Source of the DNA: an uncultured Pedosphaera sp.
GTDB taxonomy: Bacteria; Verrucomicrobiota; Verrucomicrobiia; Limisphaerales; AAA164-E04
DNA length: 64,000 bases
Reading direction: 5' to 3'
Assembly: GCA_965214825.1 (NCBI GenBank)
Contig: OZ243981.1
Span: 3,121,366 to 3,185,365 of the forward strand
The translations under genes and the position numbers were made by a program. Positions 9,278 through 19,252 of the stretch are shown piece after piece. Under the pieces are notes generated by a model, which was not told the origin of the DNA, made no database searches, and saw only the letters and a list, made by a program, of their open reading frames with translations. Positions within the stretch are counted from its first letter, which is position 1. Each line of letters starts with the position of its first letter.

Positions 9278-12200
9278 ATGAGATTGATGTTTTTGCTGTG
9301 GGGGCTGTTTTGGGGAGGGGTTGTCTTGGAAGTCGGTTTCTTGTGTGGCGTTCGGGCTGCAGATTCGGTTTCGCCGGGGGCTTCGCAACGGCAACTTGTT
9401 GATGAGGCGTTGGAGGCAGTCCAGCGCAATTTGCGGTTGGTGGAGGAGGATCAGGATTTGGAGGCGGGTCTCAAGGCGCGTTTGGTGGAGTTTTATCAAT
9501 CGGCGCAAAGCTATTATGCGGACGCCAAGGCCAGTGCAGAGAAGGAGGCCGAGTTTAGAGATTCGATTGAGTCGGCTCCGGTGGAAACGGCTCGGTTCCG
9601 GGCGGATTTGGAGAGTCTTGGCGAGACGGTTTCGACGAATTTGGTGGCGGCGACGGTTCCGAGCGATCTTTCGGTGGCGGCGTTGGAGCAGATGGCGACG
9701 GGCGCCCGGGCGGAGTTGGCCAGCTTGAAGAACCAGTTGAGCGCGGCGGCGGAGCAGGTGGATCAATTGCAAGCGCAGCCCAATGCGTTGCGGGAGCAGC
9801 AGGAACAGGTCGCTTCGGCTTTGGCGGAGATCGAGGATGCGCTGCCGGCAGAAGCGCCCGGCGGCGGCGCCTTTCACGAACCGGCGGCACAGCAGGCCGT
9901 TCTGCTGGCAAGAAAAGCCGCGCGATCGGCCGAGGCGGCGGCCTTGGAGCAAGAGCAGTTGAGTTTGGCATTGCGCACGGAAAAATTGGTTGCCGAACGC
10001 GATTGGATCGCACAGCAGGTGGCCAATCAGCAGATTCGGGTTGGCGCTCTGGAAGATCTGCTGGTCCAACAACGCCAACGGGAAGTTGAGCAACAACGCC
10101 GAGAAGCAGAGAAAGCCACCCAGCAAGCGGCGGGCAAGCATCCATTGGTGGAGAAGATGGCGCAGGAGCATGCTGCGTTGGCGGATGAACGCACGCAGTT
10201 GGTTCAGCGCATTGATGTCCAACTCAAAGCGGAACTGGAGGCTTTGACGGCACAGAAAGAAGCTGTCGCTCAAGATTACAAGCTCGCTCAAGACCGCATC
10301 AAAGACATCGGCTTGAGCGATGCCCTGGCGGTGCGGCTCCTGGACCAATGGCGGCATTTGCCCAACTTGCGAACCCATCGGACGGCCTTGGGCAAGCGAA
10401 AGGAAGCCATCGCCGAAGCGGTGGCGGGACGGTTGAAGGTGGAGGACGACATGCTGGAGCTGCCGGACGCCAAAAATTGGGAACAGGTCAAGGCTTGGTG
10501 CCAAACGCGTTACCGCGCCGAGGCCGGGCTGGAAGGCGCCGACGAGGCAGAAGTTTGGAAGGAAGCAGGCCGGTTGATTGATTCCCGGCGAAACGTCTTG
10601 GCGGCCTTGGTCGAAGACTACAGCCGGCTCTTGCAGGAGTTGGGCGAACTCGATTTCGAAGAGACCAAGCATATTGCGCTGGTGAAAGAATACACCGCTT
10701 TTTTGGCGGAGCGTCTGTTGTGGATTCCCAGCGCGCCACCTTGGAAACCAGCGACATTGAGCGAGGTTGCCCGGTCGATTCAGTGGATGGTTTCCGAGCC
10801 GAACCGTCGTGAAATCCTGCGGGCGGCTTGGGCGTTTCCGAAAGACCGCCCTTTGCTCGCCGCGTTTTTGGGCCTGTTGCTGTTGGGTTCTATCGGCGCG
10901 CGCCCGCTGGTTCGCCGCAAGGAGCAAGAGTATTCCCTGGGGGTGAAGCGCATTTCGACGGATTCGTTTGGGATGACGCTGCGGGCGGTCTGCCTGTTGC
11001 TGATTCAATCGGCGCCTTTTGCTTTGGCGTTGGCATTGATCGGCTGGCATTTGGTCGAGCATGAGCCGGGCGTGGAAATCCTGCGCGGCCTGGGAGGCGG
11101 GCTGCTTTACGCTTCCGTGCATCTTTTCGGCATTTTGATTCTTCTGAATGTCTGCCGGCCTCGGGGCTTGGGGCAGGGGCATTTCCGATGGAATCCCGGC
11201 ATTGCGGGGGTGGTGCGCCGGCAGTTATTTTGGTTTTTGCCGGTTGTTCTGTGCTGCACCATTCTTATTGATTTGTCGGAGGAGTTGACGGATGAGTTTC
11301 ATCGGACGGGGTTGAGTCGTTTGGCTTTGACGGGTTTGCTGTTGGCGACGGCGATTTTGGTTTTCCGAACCATGCGCCCTGGGGATGGCGTTTTGTCGGG
11401 CGTCCTTTCGCGTTCGCCCGGCGGGTGGATGGTGCGTCTGCAACCGATTTGGTATGGCGGCCTGGTGTTGGGTCCGGTCGGTTTGGGCGTCCTCTCCGCT
11501 CTCGGCTATCACCACACCGCTGTGCAGTTGACCCGCCAGGCGGCCATCACAGTGTCCTTTTTTGTCGGCGTCTTCGTGGCACATCAACTGATATGGCGCT
11601 GGTTTCTGGCAAAGGAGCGCAAGCTGAAACTCGAAAAATGGCTCGCACAACGCCGCGCCGCCCCAAAAGCAAGCGGGGTATTGGAAGGCACTTCCGAGGA
11701 AGTGGCGCTGCCCGAAATCAACGAGGAAGAACTCGACGTCAAATCGCTCGGCGAGCAAACTTGGCGCTTCCTCTACTCCTTGATGAGCTTTTCGCTTTTG
11801 TTGGGCGTCTGGTGGATTTGGGCTGACGTGCTGCCGGCGCTCAACGCTCTGGATACTGTTGAACTCTGGCAGGCCGAAGCTGCCGGCAGCGGCGAGATGC
11901 CGCAACCGGTAACCTTGAACCACCTGGCGCTGAGCCTGCTCATCGCTGCCATCACTGCCATCACCGTCCGCAACATCTCCGGCGTGCTCGAAATCGGCAT
12001 CTTGCAAAACCTCCCCCTGGCGGCCGGCAGCCGCTACGCCATTGTCTCCGTTGTCCAATACGCCGTCGTTCTGTTGGGCGTCGTCTTTATCTTCAATGTG
12101 CTCGGCTTCACTTTGGCGCAATTCGGCTGGATCATGGCCGCGTTCAGCGTCGGCCTCGGCTTCGGACTGCAAGAAGTCGTGGCCAACTTCGTCAGCGGCG

Positions 12201-12733
12201 TCATCCTCCTTGCCGAACGCCCCATCCGCGTGGGCGACATCGTCACCGTCTCTGACGTCAGCGGCGTCGTCACAAGAATCCGCATTCGAGCCACAACCAT
12301 CACCAACTGGAACCGCCAAGAACTCATCGTCCCCAACAAAGAATTCATCACTGGCAGAATCCTAAACTGGACGCTTAGCAACACCGTCAATCGCGTCGTC
12401 ATCGTCATCGGTGTCGCCTACGGCACCGACACCGACAAAGCGCGGGAAATCCTCCTCCGCACCGCCAAAAGCCATCCTCTGATCATGGCCGAACCCGGCC
12501 CCTTGGCCACCTTCGAAGGCTTTGACGACAGCTCCCTGCGCCTCGTGCTCCGCTGCTACCTGCCCAACCTTGACAACCGCCTCGGCGTCACCACAGAACT
12601 CCACACCGCCATCGCCCAGGCTTTCGCCGACGCCGGCATCGAAATCTCCTTCCCCCAACGGGAACTCCACCTCCGAACCGCCCCGCCCGACCTCTTTCAA
12701 ACCCCGAACACGCCCCAGTCCAAAAACACTTGA
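9278..12733 (+). CDS. Large mechanosensitive channel of the MscS superfamily (MscK/KefA-like architecture)
   Basis: Signal/TM, then a ~450-aa Q/E/A-rich coiled-coil domain, then multiple TM helices. C-terminal MscS core: GFGLQEVVANFVSGVILLAERPIRVGDIVTV.DVSGVVTRIRIRATTITNWNRQELIVPNKEFI. First ATG in the ORF is at 9278. Confidence 0.85.
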   Translation: MRLMFLLWGLFWGGVVLEVGFLCGVRAADSVSPGASQRQLVDEALEAVQRNLRLVEEDQDLEAGLKARLVEFYQSAQSYYADAKASAEKEAEFRDSIESAPVETARFRADLESLGETVSTNLVAATVPSDLSVAALEQMATGARAELASLKNQLSAAAEQVDQLQAQPNALREQQEQVASALAEIEDALPAEAPGGGAFHEPAAQQAVLLARKAARSAEAAALEQEQLSLALRTEKLVAERDWIAQQVANQQIRVGALEDLLVQQRQREVEQQRREAEKATQQAAGKHPLVEKMAQEHAALADERTQLVQRIDVQLKAELEALTAQKEAVAQDYKLAQDRIKDIGLSDALAVRLLDQWRHLPNLRTHRTALGKRKEAIAEAVAGRLKVEDDMLELPDAKNWEQVKAWCQTRYRAEAGLEGADEAEVWKEAGRLIDSRRNVLAALVEDYSRLLQELGELDFEETKHIALVKEYTAFLAERLLWIPSAPPWKPATLSEVARSIQWMVSEPNRREILRAAWAFPKDRPLLAAFLGLLLLGSIGARPLVRRKEQEYSLGVKRISTDSFGMTLRAVCLLLIQSAPFALALALIGWHLVEHEPGVEILRGLGGGLLYASVHLFGILILLNVCRPRGLGQGHFRWNPGIAGVVRRQLFWFLPVVLCCTILIDLSEELTDEFHRTGLSRLALTGLLLATAILVFRTMRPGDGVLSGVLSRSPGGWMVRLQPIWYGGLVLGPVGLGVLSALGYHHTAVQLTRQAAITVSFFVGVFVAHQLIWRWFLAKERKLKLEKWLAQRRAAPKASGVLEGTSEEVALPEINEEELDVKSLGEQTWRFLYSLMSFSLLLGVWWIWADVLPALNALDTVELWQAEAAGSGEMPQPVTLNHLALSLLIAAITAITVRNISGVLEIGILQNLPLAAGSRYAIVSVVQYAVVLLGVVFIFNVLGFTLAQFGWIMAAFSVGLGFGLQEVVANFVSGVILLAERPIRVGDIVTVSDVSGVVTRIRIRATTITNWNRQELIVPNKEFITGRILNWTLSNTVNRVVIVIGVAYGTDTDKAREILLRTAKSHPLIMAEPGPLATFEGFDDSSLRLVLRCYLPNLDNRLGVTTELHTAIAQAFADAGIEISFPQRELHLRTAPPDLFQTPNTPQSKNT

Positions 12734-12747
12734 GCCAAGCGGCGAGA

Positions 12748-13580
12748 CTATGGATGGCGCCGGATGCGCAGGAAGCTGGCGAAGCGGGGGATGCCTTTGC
12801 GGGTTTTGCCGTAATATTTGTAGGTGACAATGACGCCCACGGGCGGCGGTTGGCGGCGTTCTGCATCTGAGAAGCCGGTGCCGAGTTTGAAGCGGCGTCC
12901 ATCCGGCATTTCCACCAGCAAGGCGCCGAGCATGCCTACATACTTTCCCTTGCCGGGCAAATGGGAGATGACCACAGCTTCGGCGTCTTCGTGCAATTTG
13001 AGTTTTAGCAAGTCGTCCGTGCGTCCGGCTCGGTAGCGCAAATTGCCTTTGCGCAGCATCAACCCTTCGCCACCGGTGGAGACGATGCGGTTGAGCGCGG
13101 CTATGAGTTCGGCGCGGCCGGCAACGCGGAATTGTTTCACCAGGCCGATTTGGGGCGACTCGGCGGTGGCGAAGATTTTTTTGAGGTGCTGCAAACGCCC
13201 GTTGAAGTCGGCGGCATCCGCCGACAGATCGAACACCATGAAGCGAATTTTGCGCCAGGTCGCGTCCTCGGGCGTTTTGCGGCGGACGATGCCCGAAAGC
13301 GTTTCAAAAGCCCCGCGGCCCATCCACAGTTCGCCATCCAAGGGCACGGCGGGAAGCCTTTGGTGAATCAGGCGGGCGGGTTGAAATGCTTGCCTTGCCG
13401 GGAGTAAAGCGCGGTGCCATCCCACTAGGCCCGGATGCCATCGAGCTTCCCGCTCACCCAGTATTCTGCGAGATCGACACCCTCTCGGTAAACCTTGGCC
13501 AGCGATAGCACGGGCGCTTCCTCGGCGAGCGCCGGCCAAGACAGAAGGAGCAGCGGGATGATGCAAAAAAGACGGGACAT
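12748..13580 (-). pseudogene. Minimal ATP-dependent DNA ligase with signal peptide (Lig E type), inactivated
   Basis: MSRLFCIIPLLLLSWPALA signal. Motif I is SGKLDGIRA followed by TAG (13425-13427) where YWDG is expected. TGA (13368-13370) sits where PAWF is expected. A 1-nt loss near 13351 precedes AVPLDGELW. The remainder is intact (FMVFDL, GGEGLMLRK, DDLLKLK, GKGKYVGMLGALLVE, TYKYYG.T..GIPRFASFLRIR). Confidence 0.7.
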
Positions 13581-13733
13581 AATGCCGTATTGTTGCGGGG
13601 CGATTTCGTTTTGTCGGAGGCAATTTGGCAAATGCAACGGTTTGCCGCGAGGGAATTTGTCCGATGCGGGGTGGCAAAGATTTGCGGGAATGGCGGTTGA
13701 CATTCGGAAGGGAGCGTTTTGACTGGCGGCCTT

Positions 13734-14573
13734 ATGGCTTGGGAAACGGGATTTGCCGGGGCGGTTGAGTTCGCGCCTCATTTCCGGCCGCGAAAGACGA
13801 TTGCGGCTGTGCTTTTCGATTTTGATGGCACGCTTTCGTTGATTCGCCGGGGATGGCCTGAGGTGATGCTGCCGATGTTTCTGGAGATGTTGCCGCGCCG
13901 GGCGGGTGTTTCGAGTGAGAGCGACGAGCGAATGTTGCGAGACGATATGATGACGCTCAACGGCCGGCAGACGATTTACCAGATGATGCGGCTGGCCGAA
14001 CGCATCCGGGAGCGCGGCGGCCGGCCTCACGAGCCGCTGTGGTACAAGCGCGAGTATCTGCGGCGGTTGAACAAACGCATCCGCTCGCGTCTGGAGTGTC
14101 TTGAAAGGGGAACGGGCGCGGCGGATGCGTTTTTGGTTTTTGGTGCTCGCCGGTTGCTGGCAAAACTGCAGTCTCTAGGCCGGCCGATGTATCTGGCGAG
14201 CGGGACGGATGAGCCGTTTGTGAGACGGGAAGCGGCGTTGCTGGGCATTGCAGATTACTTTGAGGGGCGCATCTGCGGAGCGCTTGACGACTACCGAGCC
14301 TTCTCGAAGAAAATGGTCATCGAACGCATCTTACGGGGAAACCGGATTGCCGGCGAATCGTTGTTGTCGTTTGGGGATGGCTATGTCGAAATCGAAAACA
14401 CCAAAGCCGTCGGTGGGCTGGCGGTGGCGGTGGCCAGCGATGAAGCCAACAATGGCTCAGGGAATCTGGACGCTTGGAAGCGGGAACGGCTGCGGAGCGC
14501 CGGCGCCGACGTGGTCATCCCCGACTATCGGGACAGCGATTGTTTACTGGAAGTCCTTTGGGATCGCCATTAA
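13734..14573 (+). CDS. HAD-superfamily hydrolase/phosphatase
   Basis: Motif I VLFDFDGTL. Later SGTDE and GDGYVE motifs. First ATG of ORF 13719..14573. Confidence 0.7.
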   Translation: MAWETGFAGAVEFAPHFRPRKTIAAVLFDFDGTLSLIRRGWPEVMLPMFLEMLPRRAGVSSESDERMLRDDMMTLNGRQTIYQMMRLAERIRERGGRPHEPLWYKREYLRRLNKRIRSRLECLERGTGAADAFLVFGARRLLAKLQSLGRPMYLASGTDEPFVRREAALLGIADYFEGRICGALDDYRAFSKKMVIERILRGNRIAGESLLSFGDGYVEIENTKAVGGLAVAVASDEANNGSGNLDAWKRERLRSAGADVVIPDYRDSDCLLEVLWDRH

Positions 14574-14588
14574 CTTTGGATTACCCTA

Positions 14589-15704
14589 GTGAACGACCGC
14601 TATCCAAAACCGCTCGATCTCTCCCGCCTCTGCGTGCGTCCCTTAAAAGAACGAGAGAGTTTGACCGCCGCCGATGAAGCTCTCGTGCCGCCGGATTCCG
14701 TGCCGCCGCCAGTGGACAAGCGGATACAAGAGATTATCGACCGTTGCGCCGAACGAATGCTCGCGGCTCGCCAGCGCCGGGCGAGTGTGATACTCGCTTA
14801 CGGTGCCCATCTCTTGCGCAACGGCGCCGCTTTGATCCTGGAACGCATGATGGCGCAAGGCTGGTTGACGCATCTGGCGACCAACGGAGCGGGAACAATC
14901 CACGATTGGGAGTTCGCTTATCTGGGGCGTTCTGCTGAGAATGTCCGCAAGAACGTTGCGGCGGGGACTTTCGGCGCCTGGAACGAAACCGGAAAATACC
15001 TGCACGCAGCCCTCATGGCAGGCGGCATCTTCGGCGAAGGTTACGGCCGAGCCTTGGGCAAATTCATCCTGGAAGACGGCGGCGAACTCCCGGACGCCGA
15101 AGAACTGGCGCAGGCCATTCGGAACCATCCGGCAGACCCCCGGACAGCGGCGCGGGCCGACCTGCTGCAAGCCATCCGGCAACAGTGGCTGCCCACCGGC
15201 AAAATCGCCGTCCAACACCGTTGGAAGCTGGCATCCATCCTCGCGCAGGCCTGGCGACATCGGGTGCCGGCATCCGTGCATCCCGGCATTGGCTACGACA
15301 TTATCGCCAACCACCCGATGTTCAACGGAGCGGCCATTGGCCGGGCGGCGGCGACTGACTTTCGCCTGTTTGCTCGAGCAGTGGAGAACTTGGACGGCGG
15401 GGTGATGCTCTCCATCGGTTCAGCTGTCATGGCGCCGCAAGTCTTCGAGAAAAGTTTGAGCTGCGTCAACAACCTCCGGCGCCAGGCTAAACGCGGGCCA
15501 GTTCAAAATCACGAAATCTTCGTCGTGGATTTGCAGGATGGCAGCCGCTGGGACTGGAGCCGGGGCGAACCGCCCAAAACCGATCCAGCCTACTACCTGC
15601 GGTTCTGCAAGAGCTTCTCCCGGATGGGCGGCAAAATGCACTACGCCCAATGCAACAACCTCGCCTTCATCCATCACCTCTACCGGGCATTGCCGGCGGC
15701 ATGA
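14589..15704 (+). CDS. Conserved protein of unknown function (possibly a deoxyhypusine-synthase-like NAD-binding fold; low certainty)
   Basis: 371-aa intact ORF with a codon-usage-consistent composition. The block ILAYGAHLLRNGAALILERMMAQGWLTHLATNGAGTIHDWEFA resembles DHS-like folds only loosely. Its stop overlaps the next gene's start (ATGA). Confidence 0.55.
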   Translation: MNDRYPKPLDLSRLCVRPLKERESLTAADEALVPPDSVPPPVDKRIQEIIDRCAERMLAARQRRASVILAYGAHLLRNGAALILERMMAQGWLTHLATNGAGTIHDWEFAYLGRSAENVRKNVAAGTFGAWNETGKYLHAALMAGGIFGEGYGRALGKFILEDGGELPDAEELAQAIRNHPADPRTAARADLLQAIRQQWLPTGKIAVQHRWKLASILAQAWRHRVPASVHPGIGYDIIANHPMFNGAAIGRAAATDFRLFARAVENLDGGVMLSIGSAVMAPQVFEKSLSCVNNLRRQAKRGPVQNHEIFVVDLQDGSRWDWSRGEPPKTDPAYYLRFCKSFSRMGGKMHYAQCNNLAFIHHLYRALPAA

Positions 15705-16732
15705 CTCCCGAACGATTCAAAGAAATCACCCGCCAATATCCCGGCCTGAAGATCGCGGTCGCCGGCGATTTTTGCTTGGACCGGTATTTCGAGATTGACC
15801 CGGCGCGGGCGGAGATTTCGATCGAAACCGGTTTGGAAGTGCACAACGTAACGCGCGTCCGCACGCAGCCCGGCGCGGCCGGAACCATTCTGAACAATCT
15901 GGCCGCGCTGGACATCGGCGAGATTGTTGCCGTGGGCTTTTGCGGCCATGACGCGGAAGGGCAACTCTTGAAACAAACACTGCGGGCGCGGCCCAATGTG
16001 AACCTGAAGCACTTCTTGAGCACCGCCGAGCGAACCACTTTCACCTACTCGAAACCGCTTGTCATCGAGCCGGGCAAAGCACCGCGGGAACTGAACCGCT
16101 TGGACCAAAAAAACTGGACCGAAACGCCGCCCTCCGTCTCCTCCCGTCTCGTCCAATCGCTCCACGCGCTCGCCGGCCAAGTCGATGCAATCGCCGTCAT
16201 GGACCAAGTGGAACGCTCCCAAACCGGCACCATGACAACAACCGTGTTGGAAGGCTTGCGCTCCCTCGCCACCGCACGGCCGGAACTACCCATTCTCGCC
16301 GACAGCCGGCAAGGCCTGGCGCATTACCCCCCGCTGATTTTCAAGATGAACGCCAACGAACTGCGCCTGACGATCCAGGCCAAAGACGCACTTTCATTGA
16401 ACGCCATCTGGGAAGAAACCGAAAAACTTGCCGCCAGACTCAAGCGACCAGCCTTTGTTACCCTTGCCGAAAACGGAATCGTCGGCGCCGCGCCGGGGCA
16501 GAAAGCGCAACACACCCCCTGCCATCCAACCAGAGGAGAAATCGACATCGTCGGCGCCGGAGACGCCGTCGCTGCCAATCTGATCTCGGCCCTGGCCGCC
16601 CGCGCCGCAATAAACGAAGCAATGGAACTCGCCATGGCGGCTGCAGCGATTGTCGTCCATCAATTGGGCGCCACCGGCACAGCGTCTCGCAGTCAAATTC
16701 TCGCATTGCTTCAAACCGGCGCCGTTCCCTGA
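15701..16732 (+). CDS. PfkB-family sugar(-phosphate) kinase, RfaE/HldE domain-I-like
   Basis: IAVAGDFCLDRY...QPGAAGTILNNLAALDIG and C-terminal DIVGAGDAV (PfkB signature 2). ATG at 15701 overlaps the upstream stop. Confidence 0.75.
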   Translation: MTPERFKEITRQYPGLKIAVAGDFCLDRYFEIDPARAEISIETGLEVHNVTRVRTQPGAAGTILNNLAALDIGEIVAVGFCGHDAEGQLLKQTLRARPNVNLKHFLSTAERTTFTYSKPLVIEPGKAPRELNRLDQKNWTETPPSVSSRLVQSLHALAGQVDAIAVMDQVERSQTGTMTTTVLEGLRSLATARPELPILADSRQGLAHYPPLIFKMNANELRLTIQAKDALSLNAIWEETEKLAARLKRPAFVTLAENGIVGAAPGQKAQHTPCHPTRGEIDIVGAGDAVAANLISALAARAAINEAMELAMAAAAIVVHQLGATGTASRSQILALLQTGAVP

Positions 16733-17061
16733 ATCAACATCGCCCGGAAAGAAGGAAAACCCACTCTTGCCTCCCACTCATAACTTATCCCACAACTTAT
16801 AGATAATCCAACGGTTCTACACTATTTTACCGCTTGCTTCTGAACTGGTAATCACCCGATATAAGATTCAACCGAAACGCCGGATGTAAGTCGGTTTGTT
16901 CAGCCGGTAGGTTCAATATAAGAACATGGCGGTGATATAACAAGGGGCTAAAGATGTTGTTGCTGTACTTGAGTATAGAAAACGGTATCTTGCGGAACTG
17001 AACCTGTCTGCGCCGGCGTTTCTGCTCTTGTCATCCGGCGGAGAAACCATATAATCGCTCC

Positions 17062-19218
17062 ATGCGCTGTTTCTTTTGTTTGTCGCCGTTGGCTGTGTTG
17101 TTGCTTTGTTCCAAACCGCCGGTTTCCGCCACTGCCGAACCGCCGCCCAACATCGTTTTGATGATGGCCGACGATATGGGGATGGGGGACACCAGCGCTT
17201 ATCGGGATTTCACCGGGAACACCGGCGAGGTGCAGTTGCACACGCCGCAGATGGAGCGTTTGGCCAGGATGGGCGTCCGCTTCACTGATGCGCACGCGCC
17301 GGCTTCCCGTTGTTCGCCCACTCGATATAGTTTGCTGACGGGGCGTTACCCTTGGCGCAGTCGGCTCAAATGGTGGGTGTTGTTCGGCGCTCAAGGCGAT
17401 CCGCTCATTGAGGCCGACCGCCCGACGATTGCTTCGATGCTTCGCCGCGGGGGGTATCGAACCGTCATGGTCGGGAAATGGCATGTTGGGCTTCGCTATC
17501 GGCGAGGTGACGGCTCTCCTGCTGCGGGGTGGCGCGACGCCGATCTTGCGCAGCCGTTGCACACGTCTCCGTTGGATCACGGCTTTGACTTTGCGCGGTT
17601 CACTTCGCGTTCCCATGCCACTTCGGGGCCGGATGCCAACGCTAACCCAAAGAAACAAAATGTTCCCGGCCAAAACATCGGCCCCGGCCACATTCACGGG
17701 CGTTCGGTAGTGAGCGCTTCGGGCAAAGGCAAGCAGCTCCTTTTCGCAGGCCCCAACGCTTACACGTTGAGCCGACTCGGCCGCCGGCATTCCGATCACG
17801 CTCTCGATTTTCTGAAACGGCATTTGGCGGACGAATCCTCCCGGCAGCGGCCCTTCTTCCTCTATTATCCGGCCAACGCGAATCACGGCCCTTACACCCC
17901 CGCCCGCAGCATCGGCGGCCGATTGGTCGCCGGTGCCGCCAGAAGCGTGGCCGGCAAACCGATGAGCCCACGGCATGATTTTATTTACGAAAACGATGTT
18001 GCTCTTGGCCGGCTGCTGGACTGGCTGGAAACCGCTGAGGATCCGAGACGTCCGGGCCGGAAATTGATCCACAACACCCTGATCCTCTTCACCAGCGACA
18101 ACGGCGCCGAAAAAAACAGCGACACCGCCACCGGCCCCTTTCGGAGCAACAAAGGAAGCGGCTACGAAGGCGGTCATCGAGTCCCCTTCCTGGCCAGTTG
18201 GCCGGCGGGCGGCGTTGGCGACGGCAACCCGGCCACCGGCGGCGCCTCGAACCATTCCCCCATCGGCCTCCAAGACCTCTACGCCACCTTTGCCGAAATC
18301 CTCAGTGCCAGCCTCCCCGACCTCCGCAAAGGGCAAAAAGGCGCAGAAGACAGCGTCAGCATTCTCGACACCCTGCGCGGCCAGCCCTTTCACCGCCGCT
18401 TCCCGTTGTTCTTCAGCGACCATAAAGAAGCCAAAGGCGACCCCGCCGTCCTGGCCATGCGAATGGACAACCCCCAAGCAAACGGCAAACTCTTTGCCGG
18501 CCAATGGAAAATTTTCTTCGACGCCAACCTGATTCGCGCCGGAACAGCCGCTCCTGATGAACTCTACAACCTGACCGACGACCGCCGGGAAACCGCCAAC
18601 CTCATCGCCCGCCCAGATTTGCAGCCCTTAATCAAACACCTCACGGCGCTGGCGCTCCGACATCGAAACGCCGGTGGCCACCGTTTGGCAGCGCTCCCGA
18701 CAAAAGGCCAAATCGTTTTCAATTGGACTGCTGCCGCAGACAACAACCTCGTGCAACAACTTCACGGGAAACCAAGTGCCGGCGTCTCCATTACAACTAC
18801 CGCCCCCCGCCTCACCATGACCGCAACCGGCCTTCGCGGCTCGGACATTCTCTCCAGCGACGCCTTCACCCTCAGCCCCCTCGGACTCGGCTTCCGCTCC
18901 AGCCCCACCCAACGCATCGAAGACAACCGGGGACTGCGCATCACCTTCAACCAGGATGTCCTCATCGAATCCGTCGGCATCGCCACTGGCAACGACGGAC
19001 AATGCGGCGGGTTCTACCGGATAGGCCGCTCAGCCCCGCTGGCCATCTACTGCATGGACGCCGACAACGACTCCAAATCGCAACTGGGAATCCTCAGCGA
19101 CCTCGGCATCCTGAAAGCCGGCGAAACCTTGCTCTTGGACAGCTCGCCGCACCTCGGCGTCGAACCGGCCGGGCGTTGGCGGCTGCGCCACTTGGCTGTT
19201 CGATTGCTGAACGATTGA
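17062..19218 (+). CDS. Secreted arylsulfatase (formylglycine-type sulfatase) with an extra C-terminal domain
   Basis: Signal peptide. PNIVLMMADDMGMGD. Sulfatase signature CSPTRYSLLTGRYP. GKWHVG. FTSDNGA. Confidence 0.9.
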   Translation: MRCFFCLSPLAVLLLCSKPPVSATAEPPPNIVLMMADDMGMGDTSAYRDFTGNTGEVQLHTPQMERLARMGVRFTDAHAPASRCSPTRYSLLTGRYPWRSRLKWWVLFGAQGDPLIEADRPTIASMLRRGGYRTVMVGKWHVGLRYRRGDGSPAAGWRDADLAQPLHTSPLDHGFDFARFTSRSHATSGPDANANPKKQNVPGQNIGPGHIHGRSVVSASGKGKQLLFAGPNAYTLSRLGRRHSDHALDFLKRHLADESSRQRPFFLYYPANANHGPYTPARSIGGRLVAGAARSVAGKPMSPRHDFIYENDVALGRLLDWLETAEDPRRPGRKLIHNTLILFTSDNGAEKNSDTATGPFRSNKGSGYEGGHRVPFLASWPAGGVGDGNPATGGASNHSPIGLQDLYATFAEILSASLPDLRKGQKGAEDSVSILDTLRGQPFHRRFPLFFSDHKEAKGDPAVLAMRMDNPQANGKLFAGQWKIFFDANLIRAGTAAPDELYNLTDDRRETANLIARPDLQPLIKHLTALALRHRNAGGHRLAALPTKGQIVFNWTAAADNNLVQQLHGKPSAGVSITTTAPRLTMTATGLRGSDILSSDAFTLSPLGLGFRSSPTQRIEDNRGLRITFNQDVLIESVGIATGNDGQCGGFYRIGRSAPLAIYCMDADNDSKSQLGILSDLGILKAGETLLLDSSPHLGVEPAGRWRLRHLAVRLLND

Positions 19219-19252
19219 CTTTCCATTCGCAGATTTTTAGCCTCAACCCAAA

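Noticed and set aside
9218-11182. Long antisense or overlapping ORFs: 9218..11182(-), 16948..18504(-), 19763..20944(-), 24853..25968(-), 27645..28379(-), 35963..37075(-), 44414..45397(-), 28069..29160(+), 62419..63429(+)
   Set aside because: They lie opposite or out of frame to genes with clear family signatures. Their translations are Arg/Pro/Gly/Ala-rich low complexity, typical of shadow ORFs in GC-rich DNA. No recognisable motifs.
16733-17061. The 330-nt AT-richer intergenic region upstream of the sulfatase as a tRNA or small RNA locus
   Set aside because: No cloverleaf-compatible segments (no GTTCRANYC T-loop or acceptor pairing) and no obvious conserved riboswitch motif. It is most likely a promoter/5'UTR region, but I cannot place -35/-10 elements with confidence.
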